The notes: generated by a model from the letters alone, not told the origin. A stretch of DNA of 64,000 bases from Clostridia bacterium (GCA_041670385.1 JBAXZI010000003.1:1618-65617), one strand, 5' to 3'; counted from the stretch's first letter, positions 1-9,940 are shown. Made by a program: numbers and translations.

Positions 1-937
1 TAGAAAGTGATAAGCCAAGTCCAGCCAATTTCTCGATAACTTCATCTAGAGATTTACGACCAAGGTTACGTACCTTCAACATATCATCTTCGCTTCTCTT
101 AACAAGTTCTTCAAGTGTATCTATTCCTGCTCTTTTTAAGCAGTTAAGTGGGCGAACTGACAAATCAAGTTCTTCAATACTTTTTTGCAAACTTTTTTCC
201 ATCTTGTCTTCATCTTTACTAACTAGAATATCCAAATCATTCATATCATCAATTATAAACAATTTCAAATGATCACTCATTACTTTAGCGGCCAAACTTA
301 GTACTTCTTTTGGTGAAGTAGTAGCATTGGTTTCTACAGTAATAGTAAGTTTATCATAATCAATAGATTGCTCTACTCTAGTTGCTTCAACTGTATAATT
401 TGCAGAAATAACTGGTGAGAATAATGAATCAATTGATATATAACCTATTGGAGCAGATAATGGCTTATTGTTAACGCTATTTACATAACCTCTGCCAATA
501 CCTATAGTTAATTCTATTTCCAATTCATAACCATCTTCTAATGTACAAATGAAAGCATTAGGATTCTTGATTTCAATTTCTGAAGTTAGTGCAATATCCG
601 AAGCTGTTACTACACCGCCCTCTTTTTTAGTAAGTTTTACAACTTGCTTAAAATCAAGGTCATCTGTATTATATGCTTTTACTGCTACATCTTTAAGATT
701 AAGGATAATCTCTGCAACATCTTCTTTTACACCAGGTATTGTACTAAATTCATGTTTTACACCATCAATTCTGATACCTACAATTGCAGCACCAGGAAGT
801 GCGGTACACAAAACTCTACGTAAGCTGTTGCCGATAGTAGTTCCGTATCCTCTTTCTAGCGGTTCGATGACAAAACTGGCTTTCGCCTCATTTGCACCCT
901 CTATTTCTGTAATTTTTGGTTTTACTATTTCTATCAT
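1..937 (-). CDS. rpoA: DNA-directed RNA polymerase subunit alpha (C-terminal end lies beyond window edge)
   Basis: Minus-strand frame is open from position 2 to the ATG at 937-935, with AGGAGG 10 nt upstream. Translation starts MIEIVKPKITEIEG and reaches ...LGRKSLDEVIEKLAGLGLSLS at the edge (alpha CTD). Absent from the ORF track because there is no stop inside the window. It sits after rpsD as in the alpha operon. Confidence 0.95.
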   Translation of the reverse strand, partial: MIEIVKPKITEIEGANEAKASFVIEPLERGYGTTIGNSLRRVLCTALPGAAIVGIRIDGVKHEFSTIPGVKEDVAEIILNLKDVAVKAYNTDDLDFKQVVKLTKKEGGVVTASDIALTSEIEIKNPNAFICTLEDGYELEIELTIGIGRGYVNSVNNKPLSAPIGYISIDSLFSPVISANYTVEATRVEQSIDYDKLTITVETNATTSPKEVLSLAAKVMSDHLKLFIIDDMNDLDILVSKDEDKMEKSLQKSIEELDLSVRPLNCLKRAGIDTLEELVKRSEDDMLKVRNLGRKSLDEVIEKLAGLGLSLS

Positions 938-967
938 TTTAGGCAATCCTCCTATTTGGCTGTTGTA

Positions 968-1099
968 TTATTTAGAATACAACTCAATGATCATATGCTC
1001 TGCGATAGACATATCAACGTCTTCACGTGTTGGCATAGTTAGTACTGTTCCTTTTAGTTCTTCGGGATTGAATTCCAACCATTTAAAACGGTTGTTAAT
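968..1099 (-). other. rpsD: In-frame continuation of rpsD after the internal TAG: 43 sense codons plus TAA encoding the conserved S4 C-terminus
   Basis: Hand translation in the same frame as 1100..1591 gives INNRFKWLEFNPEELKGTVLTMPTREDVDMSIAEHMIIELYSK then TAA (970-968). This matches the canonical S4 C-terminal segment (...EYL.FD.EKLEGT..R.P.R.E....INE.LIVE.YS.). Confidence 0.85.
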
Positions 1100-1591
1100 C
1101 TATGCACCCTTTAATTCTTTAAAGAATGGAAGATCTTTCTTGTTGTCCTTAACAGCAACAACATCACCTGCTTTGATTAAATAAGAAGGGATATCCACTT
1201 TATTACCATTAATGGTAATATGACCGTGATTTACTAATTGTCTAGCTTGTGCACGGCTGATACCGATACCCATTCTATAAATTACATTGTCCAATCTTCT
1301 TTCTAATAGAATCAACATATTTTCACCGACAATACCACGTAATTTTTCTGCCATTAGATAATATCTGTGGAATTGCTTTTCAGTCAAACCATAAATTCTC
1401 TTTGCCTTTTGTTTTTCACGTAATTGCTGACAATAAGCTGATTGTTTTTTTCTTGAAACACCATGTTCACCAGGTGCTACTGGTCTTTTGTTCATTACAC
1501 ATTTCTCAGAATAACATTTGTCACCCTTCAAAAATAGTTTACATCCCTCTCTTCTGCAGAGACGGCAATCTGGTCCTGTATATTTAGCCAT
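1100..1591 (-). CDS. rpsD: 30S ribosomal protein S4, first 163 codons, terminated by an in-frame TAG at 1102-1100
   Basis: [26 protein letters not shown]... has the S4 N-terminal zinc-type motif and S4 RNA-binding domain ([31 protein letters not shown]). At 163 aa it is about 45 aa short of normal S4. Confidence 0.93.
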   Translation of the reverse strand: MAKYTGPDCRLCRREGCKLFLKGDKCYSEKCVMNKRPVAPGEHGVSRKKQSAYCQQLREKQKAKRIYGLTEKQFHRYYLMAEKLRGIVGENMLILLERRLDNVIYRMGIGISRAQARQLVNHGHITINGNKVDIPSYLIKAGDVVAVKDNKKDLPFFKELKGA

Positions 1592-1610
1592 ATTTACTTA
1601 CTCCTCCTAA

Positions 1611-2000
1611 TTACAATCTTCTGCGCTTTGGTGGACGACATCCATTATGTGGAATTGGGCTTACATCCTTAATTAATGTGATATCAACATCACAAGCTTG
1701 GATTGCTCTGATACTTGGTTCTCTACCTTGACCGGTACCTTTCACATAAACTTCAACTTTTCTTACGCCGTGTGTTTTCGCCTCATTAACAGCTTTTTCA
1801 GTTGCTTGAGTTGCTGCGAAAGCAGTTTCTTTTCTTGCACCTTTTAGTCCTAATACTCCTGCGGAAGCCCAACTAATTGTGTTTCCTTGCAAATCGGTAA
1901 CAGTAACTATTGTGTTATTATGAGTGGTATGTACATGTACTTGACCTTTCTCAACATGTTTTAAATCTTTTCTTTTCTTAATAGATTTTTTTACAGCCAT
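1611..2000 (-). CDS. rpsK: 30S ribosomal protein S11
   Basis: 129 aa ending ...PHNGCRPPKRRRL. Position between rpsM and rpsD. Confidence 0.97.
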   Translation of the reverse strand: MAVKKSIKKRKDLKHVEKGQVHVHTTHNNTIVTVTDLQGNTISWASAGVLGLKGARKETAFAATQATEKAVNEAKTHGVRKVEVYVKGTGQGREPSIRAIQACDVDITLIKDVSPIPHNGCRPPKRRRL

Positions 2001-2010
2001 TTGTTACCTC

Positions 2011-2379
2011 CTATTTTTTTGAACGACTAACGGTACGTTTTGGTCCTTTACGTGTACGAGCATTTTGTTTGGTACTTTGTCCTCTTACAGGCAAACCCTT
2101 TCTATGTCTTACACCTCTGTATGAACCAATTTCCATTAGTCTCTTAATATCTAACATTACATTTCTTCTCAAGTCACCTTCAACTGTTAAGTTGTTTTCG
2201 ATGTATTCACGAATAGATGCAACTTGACTTTCGGTAAGATCCTTAACTCTAATATCTGAATTGACATTTGTAGCTGCAAGTATTTTGTTACTTGTAACTA
2301 AGCCAATACCATAGATATAGGTTAATCCAATCTCTACTCTTTTTTCACGGGGTAAATCTACACCTGCTATACGAGCCAT
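2011..2379 (-). CDS. rpsM: 30S ribosomal protein S13
   Basis: [14 protein letters not shown]... Start moved to the second Met (ATG 2379-2377) because GGAGG lies 5 nt upstream. The track's upstream ATG lies inside that SD. Confidence 0.95.
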   Translation of the reverse strand: MARIAGVDLPREKRVEIGLTYIYGIGLVTSNKILAATNVNSDIRVKDLTESQVASIREYIENNLTVEGDLRRNVMLDIKRLMEIGSYRGVRHRKGLPVRGQSTKQNARTRKGPKRTVSRSKK

Positions 2380-2550
2380 TAAAACCTCCAAATTTTTTAT
2401 TATCTTTAATATATCTTAATCAATGAAGTAAACTATCGCTTATTTTTTCACCTTTTGGTCATAAAATTAGGATAATTCAGCCGCCTCCATATTTGAATTC
2501 TATATTTACATTAGTTTAGCTAAAATATCTAACTAATCACTAGCTAAAAT

Positions 2551-2579
2551 ATTATAGCACAAACTTGTTTTGTTTGCAA
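2551..2579 (-). promoter_or_regulatory. Sigma-70-type promoter for rpsM-rpsK-rpsD-rpoA (TTGCAA-17 nt-TATAAT)
   Basis: Minus strand reads TTGCAA ACAAAACAAGTTTGTGC TATAAT, inside an unusually long (about 190 nt) rpmJ-rpsM spacer. Confidence 0.6.
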
Positions 2580-2584
2580 TTATT

Positions 2585-2701
2585 TTAGCCTTGTCTTTGT
2601 TTATGTTTAGCATATTTTGAACAAATTACCATAACTTTGCCATTTCTTTTGATAACTTTACACTTGTCACACATTGGCTTAACTGATGGTCTTACTTTCA
2701 T
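2585..2701 (-). CDS. rpmJ: 50S ribosomal protein L36
   Basis: Hand-found 38-aa [41 protein letters not shown], below the ORF-track cutoff. Canonical L36 sequence and position after infA. Confidence 0.95.
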   Translation of the reverse strand: MKVRPSVKPMCDKCKVIKRNGKVMVICSKYAKHKQRQG

Positions 2702-2743
2702 TTTCTTATTCCTCCATAAGTTTTTTATATTTATTTATATAAT

Positions 2744-2965
2744 CTAACCTCTATTACGATAGGTTATTCTTCCCTTATTAAGATCATAAGGACTCATTTC
2801 TACTTTTACTTTGTCGCCTACGCATACTCTTACAGTATGTTGGCGCATTTTCCCACATAAATATGCTGTAATCATATGATCATTGGTCAACTTTACTCGG
2901 AAATTTGTTCCTGGTAAAACTTCTTCAATTACACCCTCTACTTCAATTACATCTTGCTTAGACAT
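2744..2965 (-). CDS. infA: Translation initiation factor IF-1
   Basis: 73 aa, [26 protein letters not shown]..., S1-like fold signature. Confidence 0.96.
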   Translation of the reverse strand: MSKQDVIEVEGVIEEVLPGTNFRVKLTNDHMITAYLCGKMRQHTVRVCVGDKVKVEMSPYDLNKGRITYRNRG

Positions 2966-3255
2966 TAAAGACCTCCATTTTGAGAATCGTACTTGCGCAA
3001 GGCACTGTACACTTCTGCGTCATAGATTAATTTAGAATTAATCATCTTTTCTGCTAAATTTACAATCACATCGCCATTATATTGCAAATGTTTAACATTT
3101 TTAGTTTTGGGTTTAATTAATTTATGCAAATCTCCATCTACTATTTTTACAAATTTAGTGCCAACCAATTCTACTACTAGAAAATAATTGGTTTGATCTC
3201 TACCTGCATCGCTTAATACCACAGAACCGATTTGTAATGGTTTCATAATATTCAT
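2965..3255 (-). CDS. KOW-domain RNA-binding protein (small protein found between map and infA in Clostridia-type operons)
   Basis: 96 aa. [20 protein letters not shown] resembles a KOW motif. Conserved operon position. Assignment from memory of the family. Confidence 0.7.
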   Translation of the reverse strand: MNIMKPLQIGSVVLSDAGRDQTNYFLVVELVGTKFVKIVDGDLHKLIKPKTKNVKHLQYNGDVIVNLAEKMINSKLIYDAEVYSALRKYDSQNGGL

Positions 3256-3260
3256 TTTTA

Positions 3261-4007
3261 TTATAAAGTTATTATTTCCGCCCTGTCAGATAATATGATA
3301 ACTGTGTTTTCATAATGCGCTGACGGACTTTTGTCGATAGTTGCTATTGTCCAACCATCATTATACTGCTCTATTTCATAATTACCTAATGTAATCATAG
3401 GCTCTATAGCTATTGTCATATTCTTCCACAATCGACTGCCTCTTCCCTTTATACCATAATTAGGCACATTAGGATCTTCGTGGACTGTTTCACCAATTCC
3501 GTGACCAACCAAATCTCTTACTACTCCAAAACCAAAACTTTCTACATATTTTTGGATAGTAAATCCAAGATCGCCTAGTCTAGTCCCTTCTTTAAGAACC
3601 TTAACACCCTCAAAGAAACTTTGTTTACACACGTCCATCAATTGCTTTTTTTCTTTACTAACATTGCCTATAGCAACGGTTCTTGCTGCATCGGTGTGAA
3701 CTCCTTCAAGTCCTGCACCACAATCAATTTTTAATAGCATACCTTCTTCCAAAATTATTTTCTTACTAGGAATTCCGTGTACAACTTGCTCATCTATTGA
3801 CGCACAAATTGTGGCTGGGAAACCATCATAATTAAGAAAACTAGGTACGGCTCCTTGACTAGTGATATACTCATAAGCTAATTTATCTAGCTCCCAAGTA
3901 TTTACACCTATTTTTGCATTTTCTTCAATAAGTTTGAGTGTATCACCCAAAATCTTACCTGCTTTACGCATAGAATCTAATTGCTTATTATTTTTTATTG
4001 TAACCAT
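3261..4007 (-). CDS. map: Type I methionine aminopeptidase
   Basis: 248 aa. Has the MRKAGKI, HGIP, D..ID and HGIGE...H.P metal-ligand pattern. Confidence 0.95.
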   Translation of the reverse strand: MVTIKNNKQLDSMRKAGKILGDTLKLIEENAKIGVNTWELDKLAYEYITSQGAVPSFLNYDGFPATICASIDEQVVHGIPSKKIILEEGMLLKIDCGAGLEGVHTDAARTVAIGNVSKEKKQLMDVCKQSFFEGVKVLKEGTRLGDLGFTIQKYVESFGFGVVRDLVGHGIGETVHEDPNVPNYGIKGRGSRLWKNMTIAIEPMITLGNYEIEQYNDGWTIATIDKSPSAHYENTVIILSDRAEIITL

Positions 4008-4617
4008 TTAATATAACCTTCACTTGTTCAAATGTATCATCAATGGATTTATTGCCATCGACATCTACTAGTTTTCCCAAATTGCGGTAATAATCTATCA
4101 ATGGTGCTGTTTGATCTTTATAAACTTCCAATCTCTTAACCACCGTTTCTTCATTATCATCAGCTCTTTGATATAATTTTGCTCCGCATTTTGAACAAGT
4201 ATCTTTTTTATATGTACTTGTATGATAGCTTTCGCCACAAGGACACATTCTTCTTCCACTAATTCTACCTGCAATAACATCAAAATCAACTACAATATTA
4301 ATAACATAGTCAATATCTGTTAATTTGCCAAGAGCATCGGCTTGTGCAACTGTACGAGGAAAGCCATCTAGCAATATGCCATTAACACAATCATCTTGTT
4401 TGATGCGATCAGCAACAATGCCGACAACTACATCATCAGGGACAAGTTGACCTTTGTCAATAAACGCTTTTGCAAACTTTCCTAGTTCTGTTCCATTTTT
4501 TATGTTACTACGCAAAGCATCACCGGTAGAAATATGGACAAAGCCATATTCCTTTGCGAGTTTAGTCGCTTGTGATCCTTTACCTGCACCGGGTGCTCCC
4601 AACAATATTATTTTCAT
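3988..4617 (-). CDS. adk: Adenylate kinase (zinc-lid type)
   Basis: MKIILLGAPGAGKGSQA P-loop. Lid has CPCG...CSKCG. Confidence 0.96.
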   Translation of the reverse strand: MKIILLGAPGAGKGSQATKLAKEYGFVHISTGDALRSNIKNGTELGKFAKAFIDKGQLVPDDVVVGIVADRIKQDDCVNGILLDGFPRTVAQADALGKLTDIDYVINIVVDFDVIAGRISGRRMCPCGESYHTSTYKKDTCSKCGAKLYQRADDNEETVVKRLEVYKDQTAPLIDYYRNLGKLVDVDGNKSIDDTFEQVKVILNGYNKK

Positions 4618-4618
4618 T

Positions 4619-5962
4619 TTACTTCAAAAATCCTTTATTTGTCTTTACTAATATTTGTGATTCTAATTGCTTTTCAAATTCTAATGCTACGCTTACAAGG
4701 ATTATTAATCCTGTCGCACTAAATGCACTACTAAACCCTAATGCCTCAAAACCTTTTATACTTGTAAGAATAACAGTTGGTATCAATGATACAAGTGCTA
4801 AGAACAATGCACCAAATAAAGTGATACGATTGTTGATTTTACGCAAATGATCACTAGTTGATTTACCTGGTCTAATACCTGGGATAAATCCACCATTTTG
4901 TTGTACCATTTTTGATACATCATCTGGATTGAATTGTATTTGTGAATAAAAGTAAGCAAAGAATATGATTAATATAAACATAAACAATGGATACATATAT
5001 CCGCCTACACCCATCCATTTATACCAGAATGTTGTAAAGCCATTTGTCTTACCTACAAATTCCATTATCATTTGTGGGAACATAATCAAACTACTAGCAA
5101 AAATGATTGGCATAACACCGCCCGAATTTACTTTTAAAGGAATATAAGTAGTCTGTCCACCATACATCTTGTTACCTTTGATTCTCTTTGCATATTGAAC
5201 AGTAATTCTTCTTTCACTTAGGTCAACAAATACAATTAGGAAGAACAACAATACAACTAGAATTATAAATCCAAATAAATACCAAATACCGGTTAGGTCA
5301 CCTGATTTTACTTGTTGTGGAATGACATTAAATAAAGCTAGCCAAATTTTGTTACCCAAACTTGATAGAATACCGATAAAGATAATAAGTGAGGTACCAT
5401 TACCAACACCAAATTCGGTTATTCTTTCACCTAGCCACATTACCAATGCACTACCACCAGTAAGTATAACAACTATACTAATCATTGTAAATATTGTATT
5501 TACACTCGTCGTTGAACTTGCTCCTGCTGATCCAAATACACCAGTGATACTGCCTTTCCAACTCAACATAACTCCGACTGCTTGTATAACTGCTAATAAT
5601 ATAGCAACATAACGGATATATTGATTTATTTTCTTTCTACCTTCTTCGCCATCTTTACTCAATTTTTCAAGTTTTGGAATTACAAGAGTTAGTAATTGCA
5701 TAATAATGAAACTGTTGATGAACGGTATAATACCTAAAGCGAACAAAGTACCATTCTGTAGAGAACCACCAGTTATCATACTCATCATTGCCATGATGTC
5801 ATAATTACTACCGGAAGTACTCTGTCCGAATGTCGTTACTAAGTTTAAACCAGGAATTGGCACAAAACAACCAATTCTATATATCAAAATGATAAATAGA
5901 GTGTAGAATATTTTTCTGCGAATATCTGGCGCCTTAAAGGCGTTTCTGAATGTTTTAAACAT
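4619..5962 (-). CDS. secY: Preprotein translocase subunit SecY
   Basis: 447 aa polytopic membrane protein in the spc operon position. Confidence 0.96.
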   Translation of the reverse strand: MFKTFRNAFKAPDIRRKIFYTLFIILIYRIGCFVPIPGLNLVTTFGQSTSGSNYDIMAMMSMITGGSLQNGTLFALGIIPFINSFIIMQLLTLVIPKLEKLSKDGEEGRKKINQYIRYVAILLAVIQAVGVMLSWKGSITGVFGSAGASSTTSVNTIFTMISIVVILTGGSALVMWLGERITEFGVGNGTSLIIFIGILSSLGNKIWLALFNVIPQQVKSGDLTGIWYLFGFIILVVLLFFLIVFVDLSERRITVQYAKRIKGNKMYGGQTTYIPLKVNSGGVMPIIFASSLIMFPQMIMEFVGKTNGFTTFWYKWMGVGGYMYPLFMFILIIFFAYFYSQIQFNPDDVSKMVQQNGGFIPGIRPGKSTSDHLRKINNRITLFGALFLALVSLIPTVILTSIKGFEALGFSSAFSATGLIILVSVALEFEKQLESQILVKTNKGFLK

Positions 5963-6417
5963 TATAGAACCTCTACTTTACCGCCTGCCTTTTCAATTTT
6001 CTCTTGAGCGGATTTTGTGATTTTATTAGTTTTAATAGTTAGCTTTTTGGTTATTTCGCCATCTCCCAAAACTTTTAGACCATACTCTTCAATCTTACTT
6101 AAGATTCCACTCATAAGTAATAGTTCTGCTGTAACAACTGTGTCGTTCTCAAAAACTTCTAAAGAGCTAACATTTACTGTAGAATATACTTTCTTAAATT
6201 GAGCGTTTTTAAACCCTCTTTTTGGTAATCTACGGGTTAATGGCATTTGACCACCTTCAAAACCGATTCTAACTCCACCGCCACTACGAGCATTTTGCCC
6301 TTTATGACCTTTACCTGAAGTTTTTCCAGTTCCTGATCCAATACCTCTACCTAATCTTTTTTCTTTTTTAGTAGCACCTTCTGCTGGTGCAATAGTATGT
6401 AATTTCATATCTGACAT
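5962..6417 (-). CDS. rplO: 50S ribosomal protein L15
   Basis: ...[38 protein letters not shown]. Start uncertain (ATG at 6426, 6417 or 6408). 6417 has the best SD spacing. Confidence 0.93.
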   Translation of the reverse strand: MSDMKLHTIAPAEGATKKEKRLGRGIGSGTGKTSGKGHKGQNARSGGGVRIGFEGGQMPLTRRLPKRGFKNAQFKKVYSTVNVSSLEVFENDTVVTAELLLMSGILSKIEEYGLKVLGDGEITKKLTIKTNKITKSAQEKIEKAGGKVEVL

Positions 6418-6434
6418 CTTTAACATACCTCCAA

Positions 6435-6614
6435 TTATACTTCTTCTGTTTTTACAAGATGAGACACCTTGAAAACCATACCACGAGTAACAGCATCATC
6501 TTCTCTTACAACACTTTGTCCAATCTTTCTTAGTCCAAGTGCTTGAATATTTGCTTTTTGGTTCTTTAAGCGACCAATTGTGGATTTCATTAATGTTATC
6601 TTAATTTTAGCCAT
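6435..6614 (-). CDS. rpmD: 50S ribosomal protein L30
   Basis: Hand-found 59-aa [62 protein letters not shown], one residue below the track cutoff. Confidence 0.95.
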   Translation of the reverse strand: MAKIKITLMKSTIGRLKNQKANIQALGLRKIGQSVVREDDAVTRGMVFKVSHLVKTEEV

Positions 6615-6627
6615 TTATATAATCCTC

Positions 6628-7140
6628 CTAGTCAACCAAATTTGATACTGGTATACCACGCATTTTAGCAATTTCTTCTGCCGTGCGCATTTGTTTTAAT
6701 CCTTCAACCGTTGCTTTTACGCAATTTATAGGATTATTGCTTCCAATACTTTTTGTACGAACATCTTTAATTCCAGTTGTTTCCAATACAGCTCTTACAG
6801 CACCGCCTGCAATAACTCCGGTACCTTGTTCAGCTGGCATAATAATTACTTCGCCTCTGCCATACACACCTTTAACAGCGTGTGGAACAGTATTGTCTTT
6901 GATTGAAAAAGTTATCATACTTTTCTTTGCTTCTTTTGTTGCTTTCTCGATAGCTTCAGGTACTTCTTTAGCTTTCCCTAAACCGTATCCAACTTGATTA
7001 GCACCGTCACCAACAACTACTAAAGCAGCAAAACGCATTGTTCTACCACCCTTAACAACTTTGGTTACACGGTTGATAGATACTGTCTTTTTGATTAAGT
7101 TATCTTTTGGCTCTCTGCTATATTTATCGTTTCTTGCCAT
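6628..7140 (-). CDS. rpsE: 30S ribosomal protein S5
   Basis: 170 aa, ...[24 protein letters not shown]... Confidence 0.97.
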   Translation of the reverse strand: MARNDKYSREPKDNLIKKTVSINRVTKVVKGGRTMRFAALVVVGDGANQVGYGLGKAKEVPEAIEKATKEAKKSMITFSIKDNTVPHAVKGVYGRGEVIIMPAEQGTGVIAGGAVRAVLETTGIKDVRTKSIGSNNPINCVKATVEGLKQMRTAEEIAKMRGIPVSNLVD

Positions 7141-7149
7141 TTTGCCCTC

Positions 7150-7518
7150 CTAAAATTCCAAACCAGCTTCTCTAGCAGCTTCTGCAAGTGCTTGTATACG
7201 ACCAGTGTAATGATAACCACCTCTATCGAATACGACTTCTTTAACACCAGCTTTGATTGCTCTTTCAGCTACTAGTTGACCAACTACTTTACTTGAATCC
7301 ACTTTGTTCATATTTGCAATTTTTGCAATTACGTCTTTCTCCATAGTGTTGGCACTTGCTATAGTAGTTCCGTTTGTATCATCTATTACTTGCGCATAGA
7401 TGTTGGAAAGTGACCTATAAACATTTAGACGGGGAGTTTGTAAAGTTCCGCTAATCTTAAAACGCATACGATAGTGTCTTTTACTTCTTACTTTATTTTT
7501 ATCTAATTTATTAATCAT
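7150..7518 (-). CDS. rplR: 50S ribosomal protein L18
   Basis: 122 aa ending ...[13 protein letters not shown]. Confidence 0.97.
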   Translation of the reverse strand: MINKLDKNKVRSKRHYRMRFKISGTLQTPRLNVYRSLSNIYAQVIDDTNGTTIASANTMEKDVIAKIANMNKVDSSKVVGQLVAERAIKAGVKEVVFDRGGYHYTGRIQALAEAAREAGLEF

Positions 7519-7529
7519 ACTACGCTCCT

Positions 7530-8072
7530 TTATTTACCTGCTTTCTTTCCTTCTTTTCGAACGATGACTTCATCTTTATAATGAATACCATAGCCATGGT
7601 ATGGTTCGGGTTTACGTATTGCTCTTATGTTTGCAGCAGTTTGCCCAACCAACTCTTTGCTAATACCTTTTACAGTAATTTCAGTAAGTGAAGGAGTTGC
7701 AAATTTTATACCTTCTGGGGCTATCACGTCTACCTTATGTGAAAAACCTACATTAAGTACAAGATTCTGTCCTTCTAATAATACTTTATAACCTACACCG
7801 GCAATAACTAATTCTTTTTGAAAACCATCAGTTACACCCTTTACCATATTAGCTATTAATACACGATATAAACCATGAGCTGCTTTATTAACTTTTTGTT
7901 CATTATCTCTAGTAACTAATACTTGTTTATCAACAATTTCTACTTTTATGTTTTTATTTTCAATAACTTGTGATAATGTTCCTAACTTACCATTGACAGT
8001 CACTAAATTGTCATTAATAGTAACAGTAACACCATCAATAATATCTATTGGTAATCTTCCTATTCTTGACAT
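7530..8072 (-). CDS. rplF: 50S ribosomal protein L6
   Basis: 180 aa, [11 protein letters not shown]... Confidence 0.97.
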   Translation of the reverse strand: MSRIGRLPIDIIDGVTVTINDNLVTVNGKLGTLSQVIENKNIKVEIVDKQVLVTRDNEQKVNKAAHGLYRVLIANMVKGVTDGFQKELVIAGVGYKVLLEGQNLVLNVGFSHKVDVIAPEGIKFATPSLTEITVKGISKELVGQTAANIRAIRKPEPYHGYGIHYKDEVIVRKEGKKAGK

Positions 8073-8081
8073 TGTTACCTC

Positions 8082-8486
8082 CTACCAAATATAAGCGAGA
8101 ACTTCGCCACCAGCTCCGGTTAAACGGGCTGTTCTGTCGGTCATTACACCCTTAGAAGTTGAGATAATAGCGATACCTAAACCATTAAGAACTTTTGGTA
8201 ATTCATCGCTCTTAGCATATACTCTAAGACCTGGTTTAGATATTCTCTTAATACCAGTAATAACCTTGCTATAATTTGCACCATATTTCAATTCAACTAA
8301 AATAGTATCTTGGACACCATTTTCGTCTTCAATTCTTTTAGCGCTCTTTATATATCCTTCCTCAACCAAAATATCAGCAATTGCCATTTTTATTTTAGAT
8401 GCAGGAATTTTTACTAATTCATGTTTTGCAGTTAAAGCGTTCCTGATACGAGTTAGCATATCTGCAATTGGATCTGTCATAGCCAT
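8082..8486 (-). CDS. rpsH: 30S ribosomal protein S8
   Basis: 134 aa, [17 protein letters not shown]... ending AYIW. Confidence 0.97.
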   Translation of the reverse strand: MAMTDPIADMLTRIRNALTAKHELVKIPASKIKMAIADILVEEGYIKSAKRIEDENGVQDTILVELKYGANYSKVITGIKRISKPGLRVYAKSDELPKVLNGLGIAIISTSKGVMTDRTARLTGAGGEVLAYIW

Positions 8487-8501
8487 TTTAATTCCTCCTG
8501 T

Positions 8502-8687
8502 TTACCAGCTCGCTTTCTTTACGCCAGGTATTTGACCTTTATAGGCCAATTCTCTGAAACATATTCTGCAAATACCGTATTTTTTTAGAACTGCATGGGG
8601 TCTTCCACATATAGCACATCTTGTATAACCTCTTGTGGAATACTTAGGAGTTCTTTGTTGCTTATTAATCATTGCTTTCTTTGCCAT
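8502..8687 (-). CDS. rpsZ: 30S ribosomal protein S14, type Z (zinc-binding)
   Basis: 61 aa with CAICGRP...CRICFRE. Confidence 0.96.
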   Translation of the reverse strand: MAKKAMINKQQRTPKYSTRGYTRCAICGRPHAVLKKYGICRICFRELAYKGQIPGVKKASW

Positions 8688-8702
8688 AGTTCGGTTTACC
8701 TC

Positions 8703-9257
8703 CTATTTAGCAAAAGGCATTCCGAGTTGCACGAACAATTCTTTTGCCTCTTCGTCTGTTTTTGCGGTTGTGATTAATGCTATATCAAAACCTCTTACTT
8801 TTTCTATCTCATCATAACTAATTTCTGGGAACATTAGTTGTTCTTTGATACCTAATGAATAATTACCTCTGCCATCAAAAGCATTTGCATTTACACCTTT
8901 AAAGTCACGTATACGAGGTATTGCAATAGTAACTAATTTGTCATAGAAGTTCCACATTCTTTCGCCTCTAAGTGTTATTTTTGCACCTACTACCATACCT
9001 TCTCTTACTTTAAAATTAGCTACTGATTTTTTAGCTTTTGTAAGAACAGCTTTTTGTCCAGCAATTAATTCAAGTTCATGAACGGAAGTTTGGATACTCT
9101 TTGCATTATCCTTAACATCACCCAATCGCATATTTAATACGATTTTATCCATTTTAGGAACTTGCATAACGTTTTTATATCCAAATGTTTTTGATAGAGC
9201 TGGTATTACCTCTGTTTTATAACGTTCTTTTAGTCTGTTTGAATAACTTTCAGCCAT
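8703..9257 (-). CDS. rplE: 50S ribosomal protein L5
   Basis: 184 aa, ...[14 protein letters not shown]... Confidence 0.97.
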   Translation of the reverse strand: MAESYSNRLKERYKTEVIPALSKTFGYKNVMQVPKMDKIVLNMRLGDVKDNAKSIQTSVHELELIAGQKAVLTKAKKSVANFKVREGMVVGAKITLRGERMWNFYDKLVTIAIPRIRDFKGVNANAFDGRGNYSLGIKEQLMFPEISYDEIEKVRGFDIALITTAKTDEEAKELFVQLGMPFAK

Positions 9258-9271
9258 TTTATAATACCTCC

Positions 9272-9928
9272 CTATTCTTTAACTTCATTTTCAGAAGTTG
9301 CCTTCTTTGTTGTTGCTGTTGTTGTTTTTTTAGCAACAGGCTTTTTTACTGTAGAAGTTGTTTTGCTTGCTGTAGCTGGCTTTTTTGCTGTAGCCGTAGC
9401 TGGTTTTTTAGCGGTTGTTGTTTTCTTAACTTCTGCTTTTACTTCTGCTACTGGTGCTGCCACTACTTCTGCTTTTGCATCTGCTACTGGTGCTGCCACT
9501 ATTTCTACATTTTCTTCTACATTAGCTTCAATTGGAGCTTCAGTAGTTTCTGTCTTTTTTCTTCTAACAGTAGTTGACTTTTTCTTTTCTTCTTTAGTTG
9601 CAACTTTCTTAGTTTCCAAAATTGCACCACATTCGCACATACGAACTTTTTTGCCATCTACTATAGAGTGTTTAATTCTTGTGGTTTTTCCACAAGTTGC
9701 ACAAACTGGCATAACGTTACTTACTGCAACACTTTTTGGTATATCAATAATTCCGCTTGCATCGCTTGCTTTTTTAGCTTTAATAGATTTCTTAACTACT
9801 GCAATGTTTTTGCCTTCAAGGTAAACTCTATTTTTATCAATGTCTACTTTAATAACTTTAGCCATTTTACCTTTATCTTGACCTGCAATAATTTTTACAA
9901 AATCACCTTTTACTACATTCATTTTCAT
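9272..9928 (-). CDS. rplX: 50S ribosomal protein L24 with about 110-aa Lys/Ala/Thr-rich C-terminal extension
   Basis: N-terminal KOW ([16 protein letters not shown]) and Cys4 ribbon (CATCG...CECG) form a normal L24 of about 105 aa. A low-complexity repeat tail follows (218 aa total). Confidence 0.93.
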   Translation of the reverse strand: MKMNVVKGDFVKIIAGQDKGKMAKVIKVDIDKNRVYLEGKNIAVVKKSIKAKKASDASGIIDIPKSVAVSNVMPVCATCGKTTRIKHSIVDGKKVRMCECGAILETKKVATKEEKKKSTTVRRKKTETTEAPIEANVEENVEIVAAPVADAKAEVVAAPVAEVKAEVKKTTTAKKPATATAKKPATASKTTSTVKKPVAKKTTTATTKKATSENEVKE

Positions 9929-9940
9929 ATTAATAACCTC

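Noticed and set aside
1100-1102. Idea that TAG is reassigned genome-wide (e.g. to pyrrolysine or another sense codon).
   Set aside because: More than ten ribosomal protein genes in the same operon terminate at their canonical C-termini with TAG, usually immediately before the next gene's SD. No pyl genes are in the window. A local event (error, nonsense allele or site-specific read-through) is more parsimonious.
549-1184. 211-aa plus-strand ORF in the track, and similar plus-strand ORFs throughout 1-15.4 kb (e.g. 4454..4651, 6683..6997, 11305..11568, 13104..13364).
   Set aside because: They lie antisense to unmistakable ribosomal, rpoA or secY genes, have low-complexity hydrophobic translations and no SD. 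They are shadow ORFs typical of AT-rich DNA.
4098-4289. 63-aa minus-strand ORF nested in adk, and other nested same-strand ORFs (24258..24446, 37050..37238, 22086..22468 minus).
   Set aside because: These are alternative frames inside well-supported longer CDSs, with no SD or recognisable motifs.
9185-9577. 130-aa plus-strand ORF with a striking CCCCCC / Cys-Phe-rich sequence.
   Set aside because: It is the antisense reading of the Lys/Ala/Thr repeat tail of L24 (AAA/GCA/ACA codons read backwards give TTT/TGC/TGT). It is an artefact of the repeat, not a Cys-rich peptide gene.
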